Of a stretch of DNA of 64,000 nt, positions 6,812-16,793 are shown one piece after another. The position numbers and the translations under genes are program-made. The notes beneath the pieces are model-generated. The model searched no databases. It saw only the letters and a program-made list of their open reading frames with translations, and was not told where the DNA came from. Every line of letters starts with the position of its first letter. Positions within the stretch are counted from its first letter, which is position 1. This DNA is from a virus: positions 64,001 to 128,000 of the IMG/VR virus record IMGVR_UViG_3300035137_000026; one strand, given 5' to 3'.

Positions 6812-8812
6812 ATGTCGTTTACACAAGATACACATACGCAAGTGGATACTAGCCCTAAAGAGCTGTATCGTGCTGGTCCAGTAAAAGTGGATGTAAATCC
6901 GGCGAATCCATTTAGTCAAGTAGATTATGGCGTGATCATTAAGGCTTTTGAGTTTGAGGCTTCTAATATCGAGACAGAAGAAGCTGCTAAGGCCCATCAC
7001 TATAGAGATGTCTATTCTACAAAGAACTTTTCCTATCGTGTTCGTGAACAGATGAATTATTATCCTGGCATGCATCAGACTACTGGTGGTGTGCCTGGTG
7101 AAGATCCATTCTATACAAATGCCAAGAAGATAGCCGACGACAGGCTCAACTTCTGGGACAATGCAATGGATAATCCAGAGTCTTTTATGGACGGTCTACG
7201 AGATAGACAAGCGGACTTTGATTACACCAAAATCTTTGGATCAGATCTATCAGCTAAGAAAAGAGCTGAAGAGATTGGTAAGATGCTTACCGAGTGTGTT
7301 CCTTGCTTTGATAGGTTGCTGGATGGTATGCAGCTATTGCCTGATGGAGATCTTCTCGAGATACACGCTCTTAATATCAAAATCCGTACAGACTTACTTG
7401 ATAAGATTCGTGAGCTGTTTAAAGACCCAGGAGCATTTATTGATATCTGTGAACTACTCAAGATGCTGTCTCACTTGTGTCCACAAGATCTCCTGGCAAT
7501 CCTAGCTCTCTTAACACAGTACCTAGCTAAACTGAACCTGGATTTCCGATTCAACTTGGATTTCATTATTCAGCTGGTTGGGCCGATCCTCAGCCCATTC
7601 CTAGATGCTCTGTCTGCATGGTTAGACAAGTGGATACAGCTTATTCTGACTCCCATCATCTGTGTGGTAGACCACATCAATGAGACTATTCTTTTGGCTC
7701 AAAGCATGAAGATTCCATTTTCTGATGTGAGTGCCAATGTAGGTATGGATTTAGGTGTCGCAGCACCAGCACACGAGAATGCTGCTGGTAGTTTCGGTTT
7801 TGGTGGAAATACTGGTGTCGGAGATGCCTCTGGAACGAATATGGATCCACATGCTTCAGCGTGGACGGGTTGGCAGTGGGAAGAATTTAATACTCCCGAT
7901 GAGGAAAAATACAACCCCGTAGTTCCGACTCCTCCAGCAGAAGAGACCCAGATGGCGAAAGAGGAGATAGTAGAAGCCTGGAGTCCATCATTCTCAGAAG
8001 CTGAAAGAGAAGAGCGGAATGCGAGATGGAGAGAGTTGCAAGCTCGAGAAAGAGCAAAGAGAGATAGAGTACCTCCGCCTGAACAATACCGAAATACCGA
8101 TGGTACTCGTTGGAGTAAGGATGATATTCCCAATTCTGAGAAATATCAGACTGGTGGTGGCTGGGAAGGTGGCTATAATCCACCCGAAGACCAAACTGCC
8201 CCCAGTGAAGGTACGGCTTATCTAGACGCTTCTCCTCTGGTGAACTCTATCGTTCAAATGCGCAATATTCTCCAGGGTGGCATTCAGTATATCAAGGACT
8301 GGTTTACCTATATCACCCAAATGATTTATGATTTGTTGGGTACAGATTTTGGCTGGATGAGTACAAAGGCTGATAACACAATGTTGAGGTCTAGAATCAT
8401 TCAGCTTATTCTAATGGTTAAGTCCATAATCGAAGCCATCGCTAAGAATGGTTTAGAATGTGGCACGCATAGTAACTTTAATCCAGCTCAGCTGAAATAT
8501 ATTCTTGAGGATGAGCTGAATGGTAGAACAAATACAGACTTTGAGGTTAGACCAGATGGAACGATTGTTGTTCGCCCTCCCACAACTACGTGGCCCAGCG
8601 ACCAGACTGAGGAAGATTTACCTAAAGAACCTGGTCAGATTCCTGGACCGCTGCCTGGCGTTGTTATCGAAGAGCCAATACCTAGTGGAGACAAGCAAAA
8701 TTACGTAGAATCGGGTATTATTATCAAAGACTGTTTCAAGAGCATATCCGCTACAGAGCTTGAACAGGCCAGAGCATGGATTGCTGATTTTGAGAAGAAG
8801 GGTGCTGTTTAA
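6812..8812 (+). CDS. Hypothetical protein (666 aa) preceding the portal
   Basis: Long ORF with TAATG coupling to the portal gene. Helical Cys-containing domain interrupted by a Pro/Glu/Arg-rich insertion. Confidence 0.8.
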   Translation: MSFTQDTHTQVDTSPKELYRAGPVKVDVNPANPFSQVDYGVIIKAFEFEASNIETEEAAKAHHYRDVYSTKNFSYRVREQMNYYPGMHQTTGGVPGEDPFYTNAKKIADDRLNFWDNAMDNPESFMDGLRDRQADFDYTKIFGSDLSAKKRAEEIGKMLTECVPCFDRLLDGMQLLPDGDLLEIHALNIKIRTDLLDKIRELFKDPGAFIDICELLKMLSHLCPQDLLAILALLTQYLAKLNLDFRFNLDFIIQLVGPILSPFLDALSAWLDKWIQLILTPIICVVDHINETILLAQSMKIPFSDVSANVGMDLGVAAPAHENAAGSFGFGGNTGVGDASGTNMDPHASAWTGWQWEEFNTPDEEKYNPVVPTPPAEETQMAKEEIVEAWSPSFSEAEREERNARWRELQARERAKRDRVPPPEQYRNTDGTRWSKDDIPNSEKYQTGGGWEGGYNPPEDQTAPSEGTAYLDASPLVNSIVQMRNILQGGIQYIKDWFTYITQMIYDLLGTDFGWMSTKADNTMLRSRIIQLILMVKSIIEAIAKNGLECGTHSNFNPAQLKYILEDELNGRTNTDFEVRPDGTIVVRPPTTTWPSDQTEEDLPKEPGQIPGPLPGVVIEEPIPSGDKQNYVESGIIIKDCFKSISATELEQARAWIADFEKKGAV

Positions 8813-11037
8813 TGGGAGTCAAAACTGAACAACTAGAATTCTTCGATCAGCAGGCACCGAATAACGGTTTCGGCAATACTAAAACTGGTCAGGCCAAGAG
8901 AGTGACTATTCCACGGATCATTCCGTCATCTGTCAAGGCCTTTACGGCTAATCTTGGCCGAGGCCGAGTGAATTCTATCCGTTGGGAGTTGCCCGAGTGG
9001 GATCTAGCTGAGTGCGGCCGAATCCTAGATACAGAAGCTTATGTTCGTAGAGCCTTTCGCAATAAGAAAAACCTCTTCATGAAAGAAGGCTGTCAGTTCG
9101 TAGGTGCTAAGCCTGAACGAGTAAGTTACATCAAACGTCGCTTCCAGCAAATAGAAGAAGCCACTCAAATTCCATTCAAGATTTGGCTGGGTCAGATCGT
9201 TTGGTCTTTGGTTCGGACAAATAATGCATTCTTAGCGAAGGTTCGAAATGAGAAGTCTTCTGGTGGCAGAATCCGGACTAGCGCTAATGGCAAACAACTT
9301 AAGCCGGTAGCAGGCTATTTCCCTATCTCTCCAGAGACACTTCGTTTCAAACGAGATGAATACGGTAAAATACTTAAGTATTCTCAAGAGGTTTATGGTA
9401 AGACGGCGGTAGAATTCCGCCCAGAGGACATTATCCACTTCTACTTTGATAAGCGTGAGGGCTTTGCTGTTGGTACTCCAGACCTGGTGCCTGTGAAAGA
9501 TGATATTCGTGCTCTCAGACGGATTGAAGAGAACGTGGAACTACTTGTATATCAACACCTTTTCCCACTATTCCACTACACAGTGGGTACACAGAATGAG
9601 CCAGCCAAGGTATATGCTGATGGCCGGGATGAGGTTCAGGAAGTACAGTTAAAGGTAGCTCAGATGCCGTCTGATGGTTGCTGGGTAACACCTGAACGGC
9701 ACAAGATTGAGGCAATCAGTGCTTCGAGTTCTCCTGTGGCAGTTGAAAAAGTAATTGCACATTTCAAGCAGCGTATCTATACGGGTTTGGGAGTAAGCTC
9801 TGTAGATATGGGTGAAGGCGATACGGCTAACAAGTCTACAGCTCAAACTATGTCTCGGAACCTTATTGATGATACGAAGGCCAACCAGAAAGAATTTGCA
9901 GCTCAGTTTGAAGCATTCATAATCAGAGAGCTACTCCTCGAGAGTACATTCTCTGACGCTACTTTGCTGGATGAAGAGAACGAAGTCTACCTCCAATTTA
10001 ATGAGATCGACTTTGAATCTCGTCAGGCGAAAGAGAACCATCTGGTTGATATCTTTCTTAAAAACGCCATCACACATGACGAATTACGTACTGGAATGGG
10101 CAAAGAGCCGTTCCAGGGTGAAGGTTGGCCAACATCTAGAAACAAGTCTGTTATATTCACTAAGGGCGACGGTGATTGGGCTAGAACCAATTATGGCCTA
10201 ATTGAACGTGACAAGATGCTCATTACAGCTGTAGACGAACCTCAGTCCGAGCAGGCTAAAGCAGAATCTAAATCTCGAACCACAGCCAACACGGCTAAGA
10301 CATTATCTTCTAGTGGCGGGAACTCAGTCTCCAATAAGAATACACCTAGCAACCAGCACGGAACACGCAGTACTACTAAGGTAAACAAAGACAACTTTGG
10401 TGTCCACAATACTATTCCTTCTCTAAGTGTGATATATATGCAGGGCGCTCCTCTACAGAATATGTATGATACGCTGTCTGATGACTTGGGTCGACATATT
10501 CGCACTCGAGGAGTGGTGATGTCTGAGCTAAGAGTACTAATTGACTCAGCTTTTGGACATGCTAAGGAAAGATTGATATCCTTATGTCAACGAGCTTATA
10601 GGCTAGGCCTGCAGGATGCTGGGGCTGAAGTTTGGGAAGTCCGTTCTGATGTGGCAGATAATAAGATCAATGACCATATTTCAAGATATGTGGACAAGTT
10701 AAGGAAAGATGTAGTGTCACAGCTAAATCGCCACACCCTCAAATCTAGGGATATTACTGATGCCAATGCCGTGTTTGTTAGTCTAATCATGGATTCTCTT
10801 AGACACAGAGCAACTATGATTGATAATAGTGAAGTTATGCGGGCATATAACTACGGCAAGGTTAGCGGGTTCCGGATTAGAGGCTTTGAGCGGATCGCCA
10901 GCCGTAGACATAATGCTCGAGATTGTGATATCTGTGACAGGCATATTTTGAAATACGAAAACAGTGATGTTATAATTTTTGAAGACTTACCCCCTCTGCA
11001 TCCAAATTGCACATGCACAATGGAGCGAGAGGCTTAA
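8812..11037 (+). CDS. Portal protein fused to a C-terminal Mu-gpF/SPP1-gp7-like domain
   Basis: Lies between terL and the protease. Portal-like segments YFPISPETLRFKRDEYG, EDIIHFY, GTPDLVPVKDDIRALRRIEEN and IT.DELR..MG. The C-terminus CDIC...PPLHPNCTC is the gpF/gp7 signature. Confidence 0.85.
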   Translation: MGVKTEQLEFFDQQAPNNGFGNTKTGQAKRVTIPRIIPSSVKAFTANLGRGRVNSIRWELPEWDLAECGRILDTEAYVRRAFRNKKNLFMKEGCQFVGAKPERVSYIKRRFQQIEEATQIPFKIWLGQIVWSLVRTNNAFLAKVRNEKSSGGRIRTSANGKQLKPVAGYFPISPETLRFKRDEYGKILKYSQEVYGKTAVEFRPEDIIHFYFDKREGFAVGTPDLVPVKDDIRALRRIEENVELLVYQHLFPLFHYTVGTQNEPAKVYADGRDEVQEVQLKVAQMPSDGCWVTPERHKIEAISASSSPVAVEKVIAHFKQRIYTGLGVSSVDMGEGDTANKSTAQTMSRNLIDDTKANQKEFAAQFEAFIIRELLLESTFSDATLLDEENEVYLQFNEIDFESRQAKENHLVDIFLKNAITHDELRTGMGKEPFQGEGWPTSRNKSVIFTKGDGDWARTNYGLIERDKMLITAVDEPQSEQAKAESKSRTTANTAKTLSSSGGNSVSNKNTPSNQHGTRSTTKVNKDNFGVHNTIPSLSVIYMQGAPLQNMYDTLSDDLGRHIRTRGVVMSELRVLIDSAFGHAKERLISLCQRAYRLGLQDAGAEVWEVRSDVADNKINDHISRYVDKLRKDVVSQLNRHTLKSRDITDANAVFVSLIMDSLRHRATMIDNSEVMRAYNYGKVSGFRIRGFERIASRRHNARDCDICDRHILKYENSDVIIFEDLPPLHPNCTCTMEREA

Positions 11038-11051
11038 GGAGTGTTAGCAAT

Positions 11052-13151
11052 ATGACGCTAAATTTCAACTTTACAGATTACTTTAGGCTTACACAGCCTA
11101 GTGATCAGCAGGTAGAAGAGTGGAAGGATTATCTGGGTGGCATGACTGCTAGTCAGGGTCTTCGTATTATCATGGAGGCTACCCACGCTGCATATCTGAA
11201 TCGTAATGACAGAGTGTATATCCCATCTCGCATGGCTGAGGGTGTTTCTACTTTCAGAACTGGCGAGAAACCAACCAAGCTTCTCAAGCATCACCGCCCA
11301 GACGAAGATCCTGTTGGTGTTATTCGTGGGGCTAGATTTGTACCTACCGTACCCGATGAACTTGCATACAACCCTGATGTTATCAACTTGATGAGCAGCA
11401 GTGCTCCCATTAAGGATCAGCTAAAGTCTATGAGAAATCTATGGCGTTCTGGAGTCTTTCATCAGGAAGGCTGGAGAGGCCTAGGTTACATCGAACTTAT
11501 CGGTGACGTGTATGACAAGACAACGATTGAGCAGATTCAGGATGGACGTTTTGACGCTGTGTCTACTAGCTTCCGTTCCCCTGGACATGTATACTGCTTT
11601 ATCTGTGGACAGAACTGGGCCAAAGATGGCTACTGTGATCACGATCATAGCGAACTCTATACAGAAGATGGAGCAGAAGAAGATGATATGAAGTTTCCAG
11701 CAATGGCAATTGCAGGGCTTCATGACTATATAGAAACCAGCTTTATTACATTTGAAGGCGATGCATTAGCAACGGTTAAAGTAATGGATGAAGCTAATGC
11801 TGATAACAATATTACGTTCTTCTTGCCAGATACTTGGAAGGAAGAGCCAACCACTTGTGAACCCACTTTTGAGTTTAAGGACTTCAAGGAGGACGATATG
11901 GCAAAGCCAGCAACGAAAGATGAAATTACTCTTTCCGACGCCGAGCAGAAAGTTCTCGATATCATTAAGAAACTTCGTGCGGATGCTAAGGATGAAGACC
12001 TTATTCCGTTGGCCCAGAAGATTGTGGTCCTTCGGGATGAGGAAGGATTCCTTCCATTCCAGCAGGAAGCGGAGATTGATGAAGAGACGGCTATCCAGTA
12101 CGCTCTTGAAGACTTAGAGACATCCGATCAGGAAGTGGACGCAGATGCAGTGTATATGGAGATGGAGAAAGAATTAGACGAACTAGATCTTGCAGATGCT
12201 AAGCTTAGTACTAAGACTCGTAAGGGCCTACCTAGCTCAGCATTCTGTGGTCCAGATCGTTCTTTCCCAGTACCGGACTGTGCACATGTTACTGCTGCCC
12301 GCCGCCTAATTGGTCGTTACAAAGGTCCAGGCAACAAATCTTCGATTCTTGCTTGTGTATCTCGTAAGGCCAAGTCTCTAGGTTGCAACAGCAGCGATAG
12401 CGGTGAGGAACAGGGTACCAACAACGACTCTACCAACACGAACCTACTCCCATGTGAGGAAAACAGCCTAAAGAATATGGAAGACAACGATCTCCGTAAT
12501 GTTTATATGGCTGCTGAGCTAGAGCTTGTATCTCGAGGCCAGAAGATGGCATTTGAGTGCAAGGAGTGCGCTCTTCACGAGGAGAAGGTCAAGAAGGCCG
12601 AGAAATCAGTCGCAAAGGCTGAAGCTAAGGTCGAAAAACTCAATGATACTCTAGGTATTCTACGTGAGGAACTTCAGCGTGCATATGCAGATTATGCTGC
12701 TCAGGTTGACATCACAGTAGAAGCTAAGGCATCATTACACGCAGAACAGGTTGAAAATCTTGCGCTAATTGGAGTTTTGAATAAGAAGTATGATACTCTT
12801 GATGCAGCAAAAGTTGAAATCAAGGATAAAGACCTTGGTAAACTAGGAGAGGCCATCAAAGATGGCTTTGACCTTGAAAGCGTGACAGCGAAACTTAATG
12901 ACGGTATGGCTAGAGAGCCAGAGGGTATAGTGAAGGATCCCACGGTAAATCCGGATGGAGATAATCCACGGCTTCCAGAGGAACTTACAGGCCCAGCTCT
13001 GATGGCTATTGACAACATTAAAGAATTAGTCTCGGATGGCAAGATTTCTGATGCGAAGCACATTTATGCTACAATGAAGAAGTTGAAGTTGTTCCATGAT
13101 GAATTAACATTTGAAAGCCTTTCAGTGGAAGACGAAAACACCACTGAGTAG
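11052..13151 (+). CDS. Prohead protease/scaffold polyprotein
   Basis: Track ORF is 11007; the start is placed at ATG 11052 after AAGGAG. N-terminal protease-like region (EATHA, LLKHH, FDAVSTS), CxxC...CxH, then an acidic coiled-coil C-terminus. Sits between portal and capsid genes. Confidence 0.8.
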   Translation: MTLNFNFTDYFRLTQPSDQQVEEWKDYLGGMTASQGLRIIMEATHAAYLNRNDRVYIPSRMAEGVSTFRTGEKPTKLLKHHRPDEDPVGVIRGARFVPTVPDELAYNPDVINLMSSSAPIKDQLKSMRNLWRSGVFHQEGWRGLGYIELIGDVYDKTTIEQIQDGRFDAVSTSFRSPGHVYCFICGQNWAKDGYCDHDHSELYTEDGAEEDDMKFPAMAIAGLHDYIETSFITFEGDALATVKVMDEANADNNITFFLPDTWKEEPTTCEPTFEFKDFKEDDMAKPATKDEITLSDAEQKVLDIIKKLRADAKDEDLIPLAQKIVVLRDEEGFLPFQQEAEIDEETAIQYALEDLETSDQEVDADAVYMEMEKELDELDLADAKLSTKTRKGLPSSAFCGPDRSFPVPDCAHVTAARRLIGRYKGPGNKSSILACVSRKAKSLGCNSSDSGEEQGTNNDSTNTNLLPCEENSLKNMEDNDLRNVYMAAELELVSRGQKMAFECKECALHEEKVKKAEKSVAKAEAKVEKLNDTLGILREELQRAYADYAAQVDITVEAKASLHAEQVENLALIGVLNKKYDTLDAAKVEIKDKDLGKLGEAIKDGFDLESVTAKLNDGMAREPEGIVKDPTVNPDGDNPRLPEELTGPALMAIDNIKELVSDGKISDAKHIYATMKKLKLFHDELTFESLSVEDENTTE

Positions 13152-13177
13152 AATTTGATACTAGGAGGTAACCAACT

Positions 13178-14572
13178 ATGGCTATTGATAGAGGATATGT
13201 TCCGAATCACAAAGTGTGGGACAGAATGGGTCGAGTTACTCCCAATGTGGAGCACTCCCACTCCGAGCGTCCTAGCTTTGAAAGTTTTGCTGCGCCATGG
13301 CTGCCAACTCAGCGGTATGATATGGAATATGAATATTACATCACAGTCTCCGCTGGTAAGGTAGTGGCTGAGGATCGCAATGGACACATCGTTCCAGCCG
13401 GTCTCCGCAAAGCCTGGAATAAGGCAGGCGGCACGACTGTTCTTAGCTACACGGCCACAGATGCTGCAGAAAACGTAATTGACCTCACAACCGGTGTGGT
13501 CGTAGCAGGTGTAGTTTCTTACAACCAGACTCAGCTTACCGAGGCTCTTAGAACTCGTGGTCTGATTAAAGAAACAGAATATGCTATGGACTTCATTTCG
13601 AAGCCTATCGGCGTAGCATCTTACAACTACTGGAAAGCCGCAGGCGAAGATCATTACGATCCAGCTAAGCTTTATCAGCACAACTTCCGTCCACAGGCTC
13701 TCGTAGCTGTTACTTGTGACTACTGCATCACGGTGCCAGTAGTTCCAAACGTTGCTACTACAGAGGCTATGGCCAACGACAATACGGCTGGTGCAGCCAA
13801 TCTATTGTCCGACCAGCTCGACGGTACGACACCTCGTGCCAAAGGTTGGTTCAGCTCAGCACAGATTAATGCTGTAACCAAGTATGCTAGCCAGGTTGCT
13901 TCAGGTGACGACCTTGTTTGTTATCTGTTTGATGCTTATCCACTAGCACACGTTACGGACGACACTCCAATGACAGCTTCTGTAGCTGGTCTTGTAGCAA
14001 AGAAAACATCTCTCAGTGCTGTAAGTGCTGCAGGCGATTACTACATTGACCACGATCTTGGTTTGCTGTTTGTGTATGAATCTGGCGGAAACGCAATCCC
14101 GTCTCCATGGACTACAAGTTCCACAATCACATATTACAACTACGAGTCTGTCGTAAGCGGTGCTGGTAATAGTTATATGTGTGCAACGGGCGACCTGAAT
14201 TTCGGCGACTTCCTCACATATGATGAGGATAGTAACCTAATCAAGGCTAATCTAGATATTGGTACTGCAGAAGGCTACAATGCCTCCGGTACAATTTATA
14301 CTGGTGATCCTGCTTATGATTCAGGTAGCAACGATGTTATTTCGCTTCAGCTTGAGCAGGCTATTAGCAACCACTGCGCTGGTATTGTTGGCCAGATCAT
14401 TGGTGAAACAAATTACCCACGTGATTATCTTGACAGAGTAAAGACAGCCTACCATGGCTATTCCGCTGCCAACATGAGAACTCCTGGTTCTGCTACCGGC
14501 GGACGTAGTGATCAGTTGACATACACTGGCGCTGCTGAGAAGATGATCATCGTTAACCTTATCATGCGATAA
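13178..14572 (+). CDS. Capsid-associated (decoration/cement-like) structural protein
   Basis: 464 aa with SD AGGAGG, immediately upstream of the major capsid gene; Ala/Thr/Ser-rich. The call rests mainly on synteny. Confidence 0.6.
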   Translation: MAIDRGYVPNHKVWDRMGRVTPNVEHSHSERPSFESFAAPWLPTQRYDMEYEYYITVSAGKVVAEDRNGHIVPAGLRKAWNKAGGTTVLSYTATDAAENVIDLTTGVVVAGVVSYNQTQLTEALRTRGLIKETEYAMDFISKPIGVASYNYWKAAGEDHYDPAKLYQHNFRPQALVAVTCDYCITVPVVPNVATTEAMANDNTAGAANLLSDQLDGTTPRAKGWFSSAQINAVTKYASQVASGDDLVCYLFDAYPLAHVTDDTPMTASVAGLVAKKTSLSAVSAAGDYYIDHDLGLLFVYESGGNAIPSPWTTSSTITYYNYESVVSGAGNSYMCATGDLNFGDFLTYDEDSNLIKANLDIGTAEGYNASGTIYTGDPAYDSGSNDVISLQLEQAISNHCAGIVGQIIGETNYPRDYLDRVKTAYHGYSAANMRTPGSATGGRSDQLTYTGAAEKMIIVNLIMR

Positions 14573-14598
14573 TCATTAGTCGAGGAGGAATTACTAAA

Positions 14599-15867
14599 AT
14601 GACTAATCAGTTTGATCCAGCAAAAGTCTTCGGCGATAGTTACGAGCTGTACCGGGACACGTGGCACAACAATGGATTTAATGTTCCTGCGCAGACGCAG
14701 GTTACATTCTCCGACTTGATGGCCACTCCCCAGGCAGCAATCTGGATGCCGAAGATAATCGAAGAGATCGTGCGTGAGCCGGTTGAACCGATGCTCATCA
14801 TCCCATCTCTACTCGATAGAATCGCCTATACACCAGCTGCTCGCATTACGTTCCCAGCAATGGGTGCTATGATAGCGTTCGACCTTGCAGAAGGCCAGAC
14901 CTACAGAGAGCAGAGCCTGAACGTCGCTCCAGGTAGCATCACGATCAACGTTGGTAAAACAGGTATCATGTTCAAGATTACTGAAGAGATGCAGAAGTAC
15001 TCTCAGTATGACATCATGAATATGCATATCCGTGCTGGCCGACGTGGTCTTGACCGCCACAAAGAGAAGAAGGGTATGGACTTTGTCTCTGGTATGGGTG
15101 TCACGCTTTTTGATAATATTGACCCAACAAGTTCTGTATATGGTACGTGCACAGGTCGTAATATCACAGGTGCTGCAAACGGCTCCTGTCGTATGGAAGA
15201 CTTACTACGTGCATATAGCCATATCATGATGCAGGGTTACACACCTGACACAATTCTCCTTCACCCACTGGCATGGTCCATGTGGATGATTGATCCGTTC
15301 CTACAGACAATTGCCAAGAATACTGGCAACGGTCAGTGGTTCCAGCGTGTAAACATGCCTAAGCAGGGTCTCCCATGGAGTTCTGCTAACCAGAGCGGTA
15401 TGGGTATGCAGGGCGGAAGCGGACAGTACACACCTCCAGGTAATGCTGCTAGTGAGACTCCGACTGACCCAACTAACGCAGGAGAATTTGATCAGAACCT
15501 TAATACTCCGGCTGTAGTTCCAAGCTACTTCCCATATCCACTACGTGTAATCGTGTCCCCGTTCGTACCATTCGACGAGGATAACGAGACATGCGACATT
15601 ATGATCTTTGATTCTGCTAACCTTGGTGCGATGGTTGTGGATGAAGATGTCATTACGGATCAGATGGAAGACTGGAACGCAGACATTATTAAAGTGAAGC
15701 TGAGAGAACGCTATGGCTTCGCAGTTTATGAAGATGGCCTTGCTGTAGGTGTTATGCGTAACATCCCAATTAAGGCCAACGAGATTGCGCTCCCAGTTCA
15801 TCCGACAATCTCTGCTGCTGGTTCTCTAGATGAGATTGATGTAACGACTGCAATCGCTGGTCTATAA
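14599..15867 (+). CDS. Major capsid protein (HK97-fold)
   Basis: 422 aa with strong SD GAGGAGG. MCP-like segments MPKIIEEIVREPVEP, KTGIMFKITEEM, PDTILLHPLAW and KVKLRERYG. Followed by a terminator. Confidence 0.88.
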   Translation: MTNQFDPAKVFGDSYELYRDTWHNNGFNVPAQTQVTFSDLMATPQAAIWMPKIIEEIVREPVEPMLIIPSLLDRIAYTPAARITFPAMGAMIAFDLAEGQTYREQSLNVAPGSITINVGKTGIMFKITEEMQKYSQYDIMNMHIRAGRRGLDRHKEKKGMDFVSGMGVTLFDNIDPTSSVYGTCTGRNITGAANGSCRMEDLLRAYSHIMMQGYTPDTILLHPLAWSMWMIDPFLQTIAKNTGNGQWFQRVNMPKQGLPWSSANQSGMGMQGGSGQYTPPGNAASETPTDPTNAGEFDQNLNTPAVVPSYFPYPLRVIVSPFVPFDEDNETCDIMIFDSANLGAMVVDEDVITDQMEDWNADIIKVKLRERYGFAVYEDGLAVGVMRNIPIKANEIALPVHPTISAAGSLDEIDVTTAIAGL

Positions 15868-15895
15868 GCATCGCTCGTCGTGATGTAGCTTTCAG

Positions 15896-15936
15896 AAGGG
15901 GAGGAGGAGTGCAGATTCCTCTTCCCCTTTTGTTTT
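15896..15936 (+). terminator. Rho-independent terminator after the major capsid gene
   Basis: Stem AAGGGGAGGAGGA (15896-15908), 8-nt loop, TCCTCTTCCCCTT (15917-15929): 13 bp with one G-U pair, followed by TTGTTTT. Confidence 0.85.
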
Positions 15937-15962
15937 ATAAACACCGAACCAAGGAGTTCTAA

Positions 15963-16490
15963 ATGAGACTCGTAAGATTGAAGCTAAGGGGATCTTGTCC
16001 GTTTTGGATGATGCCTCCTATTCGGCTTCACAGCAAGGAAACAACCAGTCCACTAATTGATGTTGATAAGCTAAATCATGCTCAGAAGGATATCATCAAT
16101 AAGTCTGTAAGATCACAGGAAATTATGCTAGTAGACCCTGATGGCATCAAGGTACTAGGTAGCCTAAATGATGTTGGCGTTTGTCCAGAGCCGCAGGTAA
16201 GCATCGAAGATATTGATATCGACCAAGATGTGATACCAGAGATGGTGTCTGTAACAGTAGATGATCTGCCGGAAGACAAGGACAACGAGTGGATTATGGA
16301 TCCCAAGTACTTTGATGATGCTAAACTTTTCTTGGATAAGCATTTCAGTACTGTGAAGAAAGATCTAAAAGCTCTTGAATTGACGGATGAAAACCTTATG
16401 CTGCTGCATGCATGCTTGCATGAAGAAGTAGAAGGCAAGAAGCGAAATAGTGTAATCAGTGCTATTCATACTCAGCTCGAGAGGTACTAA
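15963..16490 (+). CDS. Hypothetical protein
   Basis: 175 aa with SD AAGGAG; acidic middle region. Confidence 0.75.
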   Translation: MRLVRLKLRGSCPFWMMPPIRLHSKETTSPLIDVDKLNHAQKDIINKSVRSQEIMLVDPDGIKVLGSLNDVGVCPEPQVSIEDIDIDQDVIPEMVSVTVDDLPEDKDNEWIMDPKYFDDAKLFLDKHFSTVKKDLKALELTDENLMLLHACLHEEVEGKKRNSVISAIHTQLERY

Positions 16491-16491
16491 G

Positions 16492-16791
16492 ATGGGAAAT
16501 ACGAAGCTCGAACAAGTCAAAGAGAAGGCTAAGGAAGAAATAGAGCTGATTCCTGATAAGAGGACCAAGAAGAATCTTACTGTATTTGAGAAGATTTCTA
16601 GGAACATTTATATTAAGAATGGCTTCAGGTTTATTCGAAATCTTCGCAAGGAGGCCGCTAGACAAAAAGCCATGAAAGTAGCCAAAGACTTTGAAAAACA
16701 GACCCGACAAATTGAGTACGTACCAGATGTTCCATCCCATGCATACGAACGTGAGTTAGCTGATAGCTTTGAGATCTATGAGGAAGACTAA
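16492..16791 (+). CDS. Hypothetical protein (basic, helical)
   Basis: Track ORF is 16459; the likely start is ATG 16492, one nt after the previous stop. Confidence 0.65.
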   Translation: MGNTKLEQVKEKAKEEIELIPDKRTKKNLTVFEKISRNIYIKNGFRFIRNLRKEAARQKAMKVAKDFEKQTRQIEYVPDVPSHAYERELADSFEIYEED

Positions 16792-16793
16792 CT

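Noticed and set aside
13064-13681. Long minus-strand ORFs (e.g. 13064-13681, 24207-24737, 28129-28659, 36852-37466, 43458-43958)
   Set aside because: All lie antisense within long, motif-bearing + strand genes and have no SD or recognisable motif; treated as shadow ORFs.
3595-15867. Inteins or group I introns in terminase, portal or capsid genes
   Set aside because: No C/S...HN splice motifs, no LAGLIDADG/HNH motifs, and no interruptions of the reading frames.
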